Made by a program: the position numbers and the translations under genes. Below, in pieces: positions 9,512 through 18,967 of a DNA stretch of 63,798 bases; positions within the stretch are counted from its first letter, which is position 1, and each line of letters opens with the position of its first letter. Where the stretch lies: NCBI GenBank assembly GCA_964430575.1, contig CAYSFQ010000001.1:1-63798 (forward strand). Direction: 5' to 3'. The notes under the pieces are model-generated. The model saw nothing but the letters and a program-made list of their open reading frames with translations, searched no databases and had not been told where the DNA came from. The DNA comes from an uncultured Desulfobacteraceae bacterium (lineage in GTDB: Bacteria; Desulfobacterota; DSM-4660; Desulfatiglandales; Desulfatiglandaceae).

Positions 9512-10274
9512 CTTTGCTTTCTCCGAGATATGCTTTGATTACCTCGGGATTCTCCTGAACTTCCCTGGGCGTTCCATCCGCTAATGCCCGGCCGTAATTG
9601 ATGGCCAGCACATGATCCGAAACCCGGGAAACCAAATTCATATTGTGTTCCACCATAATTACGCTAATGCCCAAGAGTTTCTTGATATCATCGATCCAGA
9701 ATGACATATTTTCCGTTTCATCCACGTTCAAACCGGATGCGGGTTCGTCCAGCAAGAGGAGTTTCGGTTCGGTGCAGAGCGCTCTCCCCAGTTCAACAAT
9801 CTTCCGAACGCCGTAAGGAAGGTTTTGGATCAATTGGTTTCTATAGTGTTGTAAATCCAGGAAATCGATTACGTCTTCAACCCGTTTTCGATGCGCCAAT
9901 TCCATTCGTTTTACCGATGGAAGGAAAAACAGATCTGAAAAGAAACTTGACCGACAGTAAATATGGCGGCCGATCAGCAAATTGTGAAGGACTGTGGCGT
10001 GTTCGAACAATTCAATATTCTGAAACGTTCTGGCAATTCCCAGGCTGACGATCTGGTGCGCCGGTAAATGGGTGATATCGTTATCTTCAAAGGTAATCCG
10101 GCCTTCGGTCAGATTATATATTCTGCTGATAATATTAAAAATAGTTGTTTTTCCGGCCCCGTTAGGTCCCACAATGGTGAAAACAGTTCCCTTTTCCACA
10201 TCAAAACTGACGTCGTTGACCGCCCTGATGCCGCCAAAATCAATTGAAATGTTTTCCGCCCTAAAAAACGTCAT
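9504..10274 (-). CDS. livG: ABC transporter ATP-binding protein, LivG-like
   Basis: GPNGAGKT, RTFQN, LPYG, LLDEPASG, VEHNM, VIKAYLG. Confidence 0.92.
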   Translation of the reverse strand: MTFFRAENISIDFGGIRAVNDVSFDVEKGTVFTIVGPNGAGKTTIFNIISRIYNLTEGRITFEDNDITHLPAHQIVSLGIARTFQNIELFEHATVLHNLLIGRHIYCRSSFFSDLFFLPSVKRMELAHRKRVEDVIDFLDLQHYRNQLIQNLPYGVRKIVELGRALCTEPKLLLLDEPASGLNVDETENMSFWIDDIKKLLGISVIMVEHNMNLVSRVSDHVLAINYGRALADGTPREVQENPEVIKAYLGESKDG

Positions 10275-11347
10275 TGCACACGCTCCGTTTTTAAATATGT
10301 TTTTTGACGTTTAAAGGTTGCTTTGCGGTAAAGTGGAAACATTTCAAAGAAAAGCTTGAATTTCACCCATCTGCCGTACAGTCCCATGGGTTCAAAGATA
10401 ATGAACAAGACCATGATAATGCCGAAAAGCCCCGGTTCCAGACCCGGGAATTGACCGATCGCGGGGGGGAGATAATCTTTGGCGATGGCAATGATCTGGG
10501 GTAGCAATCCCACAAAAATGGCGCCAAAAATGGCCCCGTGAACCGTTCCCAGCCCGCCAACCACAACCATCATGAGGAGTTGAATAGACAAAAGGAAATT
10601 GAACGCGTCCGGCGTTAAATAGGACAGCCTGTGGGCAAACAGGGCGCCTGCCAGGCCTGTGAAACATCCGCTGATAGCAAATGACTTGATTTTATAAACC
10701 GATAAGTTGATTCCCATACTCTCGGCAGAGATTTCCGAATCACGAATCGCGACAAATGCTCGGCCGCTGGGTGATCTGACAAGATTGATCGTGCAGTACA
10801 ACACCGCCAATAGAATTGCCAGACAGAGAAAATAAAAATGCCAGGTACTGTCAAGCTCGAAGCCAAAAAGGACGGGGTAATCCACCGACATCCCGCCCAG
10901 GCCCCCTGTCACTGATTTCCAGTGGGCAATGATCTCTTCTACGATAATGGCAAAAGCCAGCGAGGCAATGGCGAAGTAGATCCCGGTCATTCTCCTTAAG
11001 GGAATGGTTATTAAAGCGCCGACGCCGAAACTGATGAGGCCGGCCAAAGAAATGGAAATTAGAAGAGGAACGCCTTTATGTAAAAAATATGCGTTAGCAT
11101 AAGCGCCTATGGCCATAAAGGCGGCATGACCCAAGCTGGGCAGCCCTGTGAATCCTACCGGGATCATCAATCCCAACCCGGCAATGGCGTAGATAAAGAT
11201 GAAGGCCATTTCACCGATATAAAACTCATCTAATACAGCAGGCGCGAGTAATATGGCCAATAAAAGAACACCGTACCAAAAAATATACCCATTATGTTTC
11301 AGGAGCTTTATATCTTGCAGATAGGAGGTTTTGAAGAGTATTCGCAT
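10271..11347 (-). CDS. livM: Branched-chain amino acid-type ABC permease, LivM-like
   Basis: GFTGLPSLGHAAF, GRAFVAIRDSEISAESMGI, VVGGLG; multiple TM segments. Confidence 0.9.
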   Translation of the reverse strand: MRILFKTSYLQDIKLLKHNGYIFWYGVLLLAILLAPAVLDEFYIGEMAFIFIYAIAGLGLMIPVGFTGLPSLGHAAFMAIGAYANAYFLHKGVPLLISISLAGLISFGVGALITIPLRRMTGIYFAIASLAFAIIVEEIIAHWKSVTGGLGGMSVDYPVLFGFELDSTWHFYFLCLAILLAVLYCTINLVRSPSGRAFVAIRDSEISAESMGINLSVYKIKSFAISGCFTGLAGALFAHRLSYLTPDAFNFLLSIQLLMMVVVGGLGTVHGAIFGAIFVGLLPQIIAIAKDYLPPAIGQFPGLEPGLFGIIMVLFIIFEPMGLYGRWVKFKLFFEMFPLYRKATFKRQKTYLKTERVQ

Positions 11348-11366
11348 GGATTAAACCCGGGGGTTC

Positions 11367-12236
11367 TTAAACCTTTTTTTGCTGAATTTGGGCGAAAAGA
11401 CCTCGTGGGCGCAAGGTCAATACCAAAAACATGATTAAATAGGCCGTGATTTCCTGAAATCCGGTTGGTAGATATGTCCCGGCCAACTGCTCCGAACTGC
11501 CGATTATCAGGCCCCCGATCAATGCGCCGGGAAGGCTGCCGAATCCCCCGATGACCGCGGCGGCAAATGCTTTGATGCCAAGGAAACCCATTTGCGGATT
11601 TACCAGCGAGATGGGCGCCATCAATGTCCCTGCTACAGCCGCCACCAGGGCGCTGATGGCCCAAATGAGAGAAAAGATTCTTTTCACGGGAATCCCCATG
11701 TAATATGCCGCCAACTGGTTTTGAGAAGCGGCTTGCATGGCAATCCCGAGGCTGGAGAACTTGAAGAAGAGAAACAATATGACGGAGAGAACGACCGTCC
11801 CGGCGATGACCACAAGATACTCCTGGCTGATGACCAGGCCCGCAATATCGGCCATTTCCCCGGAATAGGGTGTCTCCAGCGAAAGAATGTCGGACCCCCA
11901 GATTCCTCCGGCCACCGCGCGCAAAATAAAACCGATGCTGATGGTTAAAATGATAATAGAGAACTGGGATTCACCGATCATTGAGCGAATAACGACCATA
12001 TCCAGCATATAACCGAAAACAGCCATGGAAATAATCGTTAAGAGGAAGCCCAGCCAATAAGGCAAGTCAAGAATACCAATATACGTTACTGCAAAAAAAG
12101 CGCCCAGCATTAACAGATCGCCCTGGGCGAAATTAACGATCTCCGTTGCCTTATAAATCAAGACAAACCCCAGGGCAATCAGCCCATAGAGACACCCCTG
12201 TCCCAATCCGGTAATTAAAACCTGCAGAAATTCCAA
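11367..12236 (-). CDS. livH: Branched-chain amino acid-type ABC permease, LivH-like
   Basis: YGLIALGFVLIY...VNFAQG, KAFAAAVIGGFG, RPRGLF. TTG start after AGAGG. Confidence 0.9.
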   Translation of the reverse strand: MEFLQVLITGLGQGCLYGLIALGFVLIYKATEIVNFAQGDLLMLGAFFAVTYIGILDLPYWLGFLLTIISMAVFGYMLDMVVIRSMIGESQFSIIILTISIGFILRAVAGGIWGSDILSLETPYSGEMADIAGLVISQEYLVVIAGTVVLSVILFLFFKFSSLGIAMQAASQNQLAAYYMGIPVKRIFSLIWAISALVAAVAGTLMAPISLVNPQMGFLGIKAFAAAVIGGFGSLPGALIGGLIIGSSEQLAGTYLPTGFQEITAYLIMFLVLTLRPRGLFAQIQQKKV

Positions 12237-12268
12237 CTGCTTCCTCTGTTATTCCTTCAGATTAATTC

Positions 12269-13465
12269 TCAGAGTCCCACGATATTGACGCTGATCAGGT
12301 TCATGGCCGGAAATCCGCCCATGTTATGGGTGAGCCCGATCCTGGGATCTTTGATTTGTCTCTCCCCGGCCTTCCCCTGAAACTGCTTGTACATCTCATA
12401 CATCATCCTCAGGCCGGATGCACCGATGGGATGTCCGAAGCATTTGAGCCCCCCGTCCGGCTGGCATGGGATCTTGCCGTCCAGGTTGAAAAATCCATCC
12501 CGCACATCATTTCCGGCCTTTCCTCGGGGGGAAATCCCCAGATCCTCATAGGTTACCAACTCTGTGATGGAGAAGCAATCGTGAACTTCCATCATGCTGA
12601 TCTCTTCTCTCGGATTCTTGATGTCGGCCTCATGATATGCCCGGGCAGCACACTTCTCAGCCGTCTTGACATATGTCCCATCCCAGTCAGTGTACATCAA
12701 CTCCTCGCCTGAGCTCAGGGCAATCTGCATGGATTTGACATAGACCGGATCAGGGCGGAAGTTCTTGGCCAGATCGGCCCGGCAGACAATAGCGGCAGCG
12801 GCACCGTCACTCACCCCGCAACAGTCAAAAAGACCCAGGGGCCAGGCAACCATGGGGGCCTTCAAGATTTTCTCGACGGATACTGCCTTTCTAAGGTGGG
12901 CCTTCGGGTTCCTGACGCCGTTTTCATGACTCTTGGCCGACACCATGGCCAGGATCTCTTTTCCTTCCTCAGGACCGAGACCGTACTTGTCAAAATAGCG
13001 CGTCGCCATCATGGCAAATCCACCCGGTGCAGTGATATTGGGGAAAATCAGGCGATTCTTTGTGCCCAATACCTGTGAAAAATCCGGGAGCCCCCCGTAT
13101 CCGGTATCCTTGAGTTTTTCAGATCCTAAGGCAAGACATATGTCGTAGGCTCCCGAAGCCACGGCATAGACTGCTCCCCGCAGGGCTTCTGAGCCGGTGG
13201 CACAGAAATTCTCGACCCGGGTCACCGGGATAAAAGGTAGTTTCAGGGTTAGGCTCAAAGGGGTGGCAGCTTTGCCCACATTGACTTCATCGAAGCATGA
13301 ACCGAACCATGCAGCCTGGATCTCTTTTTTCTCTATCCCCGCGTCCTCAATGGCCTCCTTGAAGGCCTCTACGATCAGATCTTCTGCACCGGCATCCCAA
13401 CGCTCTCCAAACCGGGTACAGCCCATCCCGATGATGGCAACTTTATCTTTAATACCTTCAGCCAT
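12269..13465 (-). CDS. Thiolase, SCP2/PhlC/BbsB type (acetyl-CoA acetyltransferase family)
   Basis: RVENFCATGS (catalytic Cys), DCCGVSDGAAA, EVHDCF, GHPIGASG, HNMGG. Confidence 0.9.
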   Translation of the reverse strand: MAEGIKDKVAIIGMGCTRFGERWDAGAEDLIVEAFKEAIEDAGIEKKEIQAAWFGSCFDEVNVGKAATPLSLTLKLPFIPVTRVENFCATGSEALRGAVYAVASGAYDICLALGSEKLKDTGYGGLPDFSQVLGTKNRLIFPNITAPGGFAMMATRYFDKYGLGPEEGKEILAMVSAKSHENGVRNPKAHLRKAVSVEKILKAPMVAWPLGLFDCCGVSDGAAAAIVCRADLAKNFRPDPVYVKSMQIALSSGEELMYTDWDGTYVKTAEKCAARAYHEADIKNPREEISMMEVHDCFSITELVTYEDLGISPRGKAGNDVRDGFFNLDGKIPCQPDGGLKCFGHPIGASGLRMMYEMYKQFQGKAGERQIKDPRIGLTHNMGGFPAMNLISVNIVGL

Positions 13466-13509
13466 TACTATATCCTCCTCCTCATGGGCGGTTATCTATG
13501 AGATGTCAT

Positions 13510-14958
13510 CTATTCCGTCGCCGGTACCGCTTTCCAGAAATAGCCGTGAATACCCGATTTTTCATCCACATATTTTTTTCTGAAGCTCATCTCTACCGGC
13601 ATGTCCACCTTCACCTCTTCCAAGTCCACATCGGTCAGGTCGAACCAGTACCGGCCGCCGCCTTCAAAGTCGACGAAACCATAGATGGCAGGTGGATCGG
13701 GACTGAAGGCCAGGTTGTCTCCCGTGTAGGTAAACAACTTACCTTCCCGGTCTGAAAAGCGGTACGGCGCCATTTCGTCAATGACGCCACAATCAGGCTT
13801 GACACACACTCTCTGGGCCGGATACTGGGGTGTTCCACACGCCTTACACCGACTGCCATACAGGCCCAGAACCTCTTTTCGGTTTCTCCACAGGGTGGAA
13901 AGGGCTGTAAAAGCGACTGTATCTCCCCGGATACCCTTTTCCGTAGGCAGAATGTTTCTAAAGGCGATCATCTTTTCGTAGCTTCCCAGTTCCCGTCTCG
14001 TTGCCAGGTGCTTACGGATCCCTCCCCGGTTGGCCCTGATCTTTTCGATCTTGTCCGTGACTTGGAACAATACGGCATCGGCGCCGGCGCCAAAACCGAC
14101 CACGGCGATCCTGTCCCCCGGTTTTGCCTTTTCCAGCGCCATGACCAGGTGCATCAGTGGGTCTGCGGCCCCGGCATAGCCAACTTGGCCGAGGAGCGGT
14201 GGCACCAACTGGGATTCGGAAAGTCCGAGGGCTCCCGCGATCTTCTTGAAGTCCCCCGCATACAGGCAGGGATAAACAACGCTGGAAAGGTCACTCGATT
14301 CTGTATTGCATTCTTTTGCCAGGCCTTCCATTGCCTCCACGATGAAGCGGGTATACCCCCCATCCCTTATGAACCTGTCTTCCCACTGCCGGTCAAATTT
14401 CTCTCCTGTGCCTCTCCAGTGGTCCACAAAGTCGTAGGATACCGAAAACGACCCGGTAAATTCAGCAACCACGTCATCGTCCCCGATCAAAAACGCTGCT
14501 GCGCCGTCTCCAAAGATCTCTTCCTGGGCGCTTCCGGCCTTACCGATCCTCATATCACCGGCACAGACCATCACGTTCTTCGCCGATCCCGCCTTTACGG
14601 CATCAATGGCCGATATAACGGCCGTGGTTCCCGCCTTGGGCGTGTCGGTATAATCAGCGGTTCGGATATTTGCACGACAGTCAAGGGCGGTTGCCATAAT
14701 CCCGGCATTCTGTCGTTCGGCGTAAGGGGGTGTTGTGGTGGCAAAGAAGACGGCATCCACTTTTTCCCGGTCGATTCCGGTCAGGCAATCAATCCCCGCT
14801 GCCACGGCCAAGGTCACGCTGTCTTCATCGTAGTTGGCCACAGCCTTTTCCCCGGGCATAAACGTTGCGGGGTTCAGCCATCCCATGGCCTTGTAGATGA
14901 GTTTTCGATCTATCCTGTATTTCGGAATGTAGGCGCCATATGAAACAATCCCTGACAT
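13510..14958 (-). CDS. HMG-CoA synthase-like (PhlA-like, no catalytic Cys) protein fused to a Zn-ribbon/OB-fold DUF35 domain
   Basis: SYGAYIPKYR, DEDSVTLAVAA, GDGAAAF, GFGAGAD. DTPKAGT sits where the active ACKAGT is expected. C-terminal CKAC...CVKPDC plus OB-fold. Confidence 0.85.
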   Translation of the reverse strand: MSGIVSYGAYIPKYRIDRKLIYKAMGWLNPATFMPGEKAVANYDEDSVTLAVAAGIDCLTGIDREKVDAVFFATTTPPYAERQNAGIMATALDCRANIRTADYTDTPKAGTTAVISAIDAVKAGSAKNVMVCAGDMRIGKAGSAQEEIFGDGAAAFLIGDDDVVAEFTGSFSVSYDFVDHWRGTGEKFDRQWEDRFIRDGGYTRFIVEAMEGLAKECNTESSDLSSVVYPCLYAGDFKKIAGALGLSESQLVPPLLGQVGYAGAADPLMHLVMALEKAKPGDRIAVVGFGAGADAVLFQVTDKIEKIRANRGGIRKHLATRRELGSYEKMIAFRNILPTEKGIRGDTVAFTALSTLWRNRKEVLGLYGSRCKACGTPQYPAQRVCVKPDCGVIDEMAPYRFSDREGKLFTYTGDNLAFSPDPPAIYGFVDFEGGGRYWFDLTDVDLEEVKVDMPVEMSFRKKYVDEKSGIHGYFWKAVPATE

Positions 14959-14988
14959 ATTTTCTCCCTCCTTATCAATCAGTAGTGA

Positions 14989-15315
14989 TCATGAAAATTG
15001 AACCTGTTGAACAATTTCCTTCTCCTTGAGGACCCGTGTAATCTCCTGACGGATCGCCCTGTCAATAATCGGTTCTACCTCCGAGACCCAGAAGCCTTGC
15101 TTATCCTGTCGCGTTTTGAATTGCCTGACATAGCCTGGAACCAATGCGTACCGGCACCCCCAGATGCCGCAGCATGACGAGTCCACAACAGCATTTCCCA
15201 CCACATAGAGGACCTCTTTTCCATTAATTTCAACCTTCCCCTCCACTTCCAGTTCATATCCTCCGGAGATGGAACGGACTTCTCTGCCAATATCGTGCTT
15301 ATATTCCCTGGTCAT
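14989..15315 (-). CDS. Hypothetical protein with SSCCGxxGC motif
   Basis: 108-aa ORF in operon spacing between the ACAD and the HMGS-like gene, with a purine-rich RBS. Confidence 0.8.
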   Translation of the reverse strand: MTREYKHDIGREVRSISGGYELEVEGKVEINGKEVLYVVGNAVVDSSCCGIWGCRYALVPGYVRQFKTRQDKQGFWVSEVEPIIDRAIRQEITRVLKEKEIVQQVQFS

Positions 15316-15337
15316 CTGCCCTTTCTCAAAACAGGCC

Positions 15338-16483
15338 CTAAAACCCCAGGCCTTTGGCGATGATGGTTTTCATGATTTCAGTGGTGCCTGCATATATGCT
15401 CGAGGCCCGAATATCCCGATACCATCGGCATATGGGGTATTCCTCCATATAACCATAACCCCCGTGAAGCTGAACGCAGTCATAGGCCACACGATTTGCC
15501 ATTTCCGCAAGCCACCATTTGGCCATGGAAGCCTTCTTGATAATATTCTTTCCCTCAATGTGATCGGCGATCAGGTCATTGATAAAACTCCGACCCAGTT
15601 CCACCTCGGTGGCCATCTCCACAATCTTGAAGGCGTTGTGTTGAAACCGGCCGATCGGTTTTCCAAAGGCCTCCCGTTCCCTGCAGTATTGGATGGTCAG
15701 GTCCAACATCGTCTCGGCAGCCACCTGTGCCTGGATGGCGCACATGAGACGTTCCTGTGGCAATTTCTGCATCAAATGGAAAAAACCTTGATTTTCTTCA
15801 CCCAGCAGGTTTTCCTTGGGAACACGGCAGTCCTCAAAGTAAAGTTCAGCCGTATCCGCACAATACATCCCCATCTTTTTGAGCTTTTTCCCCTTTGTAA
15901 AGCCGGGTGACCCGTCTTCCACCACCAACAGGCTCATGCCTTTATGGGCAGGTACTGCTTCAGTATCTGTTTTACAGGCCACAATCACCAGATCACAGGA
16001 GACGCCATTGGAGATAAACGTTTTCTGCCCGCTGATGACATAGGAATCCCCATCTTTCACAGCCTTTGTCCGAATCCCCTGAAGATCGGATCCGGCGCCC
16101 GGCTCCGTCATTGCGACGGCCAATATGGTGTCGCCTGTGGTGCATCCTGGAAGCCACCGCTCTTTCTGAGCCTGGTTCCCAAAGGAGTTGATATAAGGGG
16201 CAATAATATCGCTGTGGAGTCCCACCTGGAATCCATCCGCCCTGATACGGGTAAGCTCTTCGGCGATAATGACCGAGTATTCGAATCCGACGCCCGACCC
16301 GCCATATTGCTCTTCGAGCCAGGGACAGAGAAATCCCTGTTCCCCCATTCCCTGCCAGGCCCCCCGGGGAACCTCACCCTTTTCTTCCCATTCCTCGAGA
16401 TATGGGGCCACCTCATTCTGGACGTATTTTCTAAAGGCATCCCTGAAGATTTCATGTTCTTCGCTGTAAATATTATGGCTCAA
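15338..16483 (-). CDS. Acyl-CoA dehydrogenase (LCAD-like)
   Basis: AMTEPGAGSDL, GQKTFISNG, LPQERL (catalytic Glu), QLHGGYGY, IYAGTTEIMK. Confidence 0.93.
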   Translation of the reverse strand: MSHNIYSEEHEIFRDAFRKYVQNEVAPYLEEWEEKGEVPRGAWQGMGEQGFLCPWLEEQYGGSGVGFEYSVIIAEELTRIRADGFQVGLHSDIIAPYINSFGNQAQKERWLPGCTTGDTILAVAMTEPGAGSDLQGIRTKAVKDGDSYVISGQKTFISNGVSCDLVIVACKTDTEAVPAHKGMSLLVVEDGSPGFTKGKKLKKMGMYCADTAELYFEDCRVPKENLLGEENQGFFHLMQKLPQERLMCAIQAQVAAETMLDLTIQYCREREAFGKPIGRFQHNAFKIVEMATEVELGRSFINDLIADHIEGKNIIKKASMAKWWLAEMANRVAYDCVQLHGGYGYMEEYPICRWYRDIRASSIYAGTTEIMKTIIAKGLGF

Positions 16484-16540
16484 TTGACTCCCCTCCTTTG
16501 GTTACAATGACTCCCCCTAACAGCTTGACTGAAAGGCCCT

Positions 16541-17380
16541 CTAACCCACTTCTGCCACGGCATTTCCCAGGACGACTCTGCCATCCCGGGTCTTTGTCTG
16601 GATAACGTAGATGCCGGTATCCCCCTTCCACCCCTCGGTGATCAGGGTGTCTCCGGGATAGACCACATTCATGAACCGCACTGAAAAAGACTTGAAACGG
16701 GCCGGATCACTCCCACAGACGCTGTGAAGTATGGCCCTTCCTGCAAAGCCAAAGGAGCAGAGACCCTGCAGGATGGGGCGATCGAAGCCGCCTTTTCCGG
16801 CAAATTCCGGATCGATGTGCAGGGGGTTTTTGTCGCCGCTGAGCCTATAGAGCGCGCACTGATCCGGGCTGGTCGCATATTCCACATGAAAATCCGGCTC
16901 CTTCCCCTTAGGAGGGACGATGATCTCCGACTTCGGTCCCCTGTCCCCGCCAAAATTGCCCGCACTGCGGTCCACAATGACGGCCTTGTTCTCGAAAAGC
17001 AGGTCGCCATTATCAGCCCTGGTTTCAAAACTGATGTTGAGTATTGCGCCCTTATCACCCTTGTCATAAACGGAATCCCACTGAGTGGTTGTATGGATCG
17101 TCCCTGACGTGGGGATGGGTTTGTACAGCACTATTTTCTGTTCGCCGTGAAGAACGGCCAGTAAATTGAGTTTCACCCGGAAAACGAAGGAACCGAGAAG
17201 CGTAGGTATGAAAGGGACCACCGCAAATGTCGGAAACACAGCCAGGTTCTTCTCATAGACGAAATCCAGTTCCTCGACGCCCGCGCCTATGCCCAAAGCG
17301 TACAGAATGACCCTGTCCTCATCGTACGTGAACGGGACGGGATCCGACTTTTTCCCAACCATATCAAGATTGAGTCCCAT
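16541..17380 (-). CDS. (R)-specific enoyl-CoA hydratase 2 (MaoC / MFE-2 double hot-dog)
   Basis: YALGIG, LHGEQ, YRLSGDKNPLHIDP hydratase-2 motif. Start moved to ATG 17380 with GGAGG RBS. Confidence 0.9.
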   Translation of the reverse strand: MGLNLDMVGKKSDPVPFTYDEDRVILYALGIGAGVEELDFVYEKNLAVFPTFAVVPFIPTLLGSFVFRVKLNLLAVLHGEQKIVLYKPIPTSGTIHTTTQWDSVYDKGDKGAILNISFETRADNGDLLFENKAVIVDRSAGNFGGDRGPKSEIIVPPKGKEPDFHVEYATSPDQCALYRLSGDKNPLHIDPEFAGKGGFDRPILQGLCSFGFAGRAILHSVCGSDPARFKSFSVRFMNVVYPGDTLITEGWKGDTGIYVIQTKTRDGRVVLGNAVAEVG

Positions 17381-17399
17381 TTTGTTCCTCCTGGATTTG

Positions 17400-18227
17400 C
17401 TACATTGAGAATCCACCGCCGACCACCAAAACCTGGCCCGAAACGTAGTCCGACAGCGGCGATGCAAAGAAAAGAATCGTTCCGGCTGCTTCTTCGGCCG
17501 TGCCGGGTCGACCCATGGGGATCATCTTAATGAAGATGTCTCGTTGCGCCTTGGGCACTCCAACCGCTATCTTTTTCGCTTCCGATTCGACGGTGACGCC
17601 CTTTTCCTTATCCTGGGTAAGGCGGGTGTCGATGAAGCCAAACGCCACGCAATTGCACTGAACATTATACCGGGCCCATTCCTTGCTAATGGTTTTGGTC
17701 AAACCCACGAGGCCGGCCTTGGCGGCAGAATAGTTGGCCTGACCCGGATTTCCACCGATGCCCGCAATGGAAGAAATGTTGATTATTTTCCGCGATACCG
17801 TTTCCCCCCGCGCCTTTTCCTGCTTGGCCTCGTCGCAAAAGTATGGTTTGGCAGCCTGGATAATGCGGAACGGAGCCTTAAGGTGCAAGTCCAGAATCTT
17901 GTCCCACTGCTCCTCGGTCATCTTGTGGACCATGGCATCCCACGTGAACCCTGCGTTGTTTACGATCACATGCACAGCCCCCCAGTTGTCCGCCGCCGCC
18001 GTAACGATGCCCGGGGCAAAATCCGCAGCGGTAACGTCGCCCACGTAGGCAAGGGCATCTCCACCCGCAGCCTTGATGTCCGCTGCCGTCTGTTCCGCCG
18101 GTTCGCCGTCAATATCGCTGACCACAACTTTGGCCCCTTCCTGGGCGAACATGAGCGCCACCGCGCGGCCGATGCCCCTTCCTGATCCTGTTATGATGGC
18201 GACCTTGTCATTCAACATTTTTTCCAT
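17400..18227 (-). CDS. SDR oxidoreductase (3-oxoacyl/3-hydroxyacyl-CoA dehydrogenase-like)
   Basis: TGSGRGIG, NNAG, YSAAK. Acidic residue after beta-2 (VSDID) suggests NAD. Confidence 0.9.
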   Translation of the reverse strand: MEKMLNDKVAIITGSGRGIGRAVALMFAQEGAKVVVSDIDGEPAEQTAADIKAAGGDALAYVGDVTAADFAPGIVTAAADNWGAVHVIVNNAGFTWDAMVHKMTEEQWDKILDLHLKAPFRIIQAAKPYFCDEAKQEKARGETVSRKIINISSIAGIGGNPGQANYSAAKAGLVGLTKTISKEWARYNVQCNCVAFGFIDTRLTQDKEKGVTVESEAKKIAVGVPKAQRDIFIKMIPMGRPGTAEEAAGTILFFASPLSDYVSGQVLVVGGGFSM

Positions 18228-18891
18228 TGGCTAACTCCGTATCTTGATAGTTCTTCTGTATCCCCCGCCTTAAAATATCGATTGCAAGATCGAGGGTGCC
18301 TTTCAGGTAATCTTTATGGGGGTTTATCATCCGCTTGCTCTCTTCCCATAGAACCGCTCCGGTAAAGATAATCCAGACAATGTCGGCGAGAGCCGTGGAA
18401 TGGTAGCCCTCGTAACGCCCTTCGCCCTTTCCCTGATCGAATATCCCGGCAAGATTTCTGAGGCTTTTACCGGCCAATTCATTTAACTGGGAAAGTCGCT
18501 TTGGCGGAAGATTTCTGAGGCCATCGCTGGCCTGGAGATGAAACAGGTTTATGAGAATCAACGGGTCGAAATTGTAGACATCGTAGAAGAGATCTTTGAG
18601 GGCTTCAACCTTTCCTTCGGCATCAAGGCCTTCTTTCAAATGAAGCCTTTCCAGTTTGTCAGAGAGGTATTCCAGGAGTTGAAGGTTGAGGGAAACATAG
18701 AGGTCGTCTTTATTCTTGAAATAGAGATATATGGCCGCCGGGCTTAATTCCGCCTCCTGGGCAATATCTTCCATGGTTGCAGAGCTGAATCCCTTTGCAT
18801 GAAAAAGTCGTTTTGCGGCGTCTAAGATCTGCCCGCGGCGCATCTTTTGCTGAAGATTCCGCTCACGTTCCCTCCTCTCCGCTATGCCCAC
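18208..18891 (-). CDS. TetR/AcrR family transcriptional regulator
   Basis: ILDAAKRLF..KGF..ATMEDIA..AELS...IYLYFKNKDDL HTH. GTG start at 18891 after AAGGAG. Confidence 0.92.
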   Translation of the reverse strand: MGIAERRERERNLQQKMRRGQILDAAKRLFHAKGFSSATMEDIAQEAELSPAAIYLYFKNKDDLYVSLNLQLLEYLSDKLERLHLKEGLDAEGKVEALKDLFYDVYNFDPLILINLFHLQASDGLRNLPPKRLSQLNELAGKSLRNLAGIFDQGKGEGRYEGYHSTALADIVWIIFTGAVLWEESKRMINPHKDYLKGTLDLAIDILRRGIQKNYQDTELANGKNVE

Positions 18892-18906
18892 CAGTTTCTC
18901 CTTGTA

Positions 18907-18967
18907 ATAAATGCCATTTATATATATGATAACCATTCATATAGCTGAGCATGCTTCATTATGTCAA
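18907..18967. promoter_or_regulatory. Divergent promoter region with candidate TetR operators
   Basis: ATAAATG-C-CATTTAT (18907-18921) and TATATGA-N7-TCATATA (18923-18943). TTGACA on the minus strand at 18962-18967, with its likely -10 overlapping the second palindrome. Confidence 0.55.

Noticed and set aside
14008-14943. 311-aa plus-strand ORF
   Set aside because: Entirely antisense to the HMGS-DUF35 gene, with no motifs.
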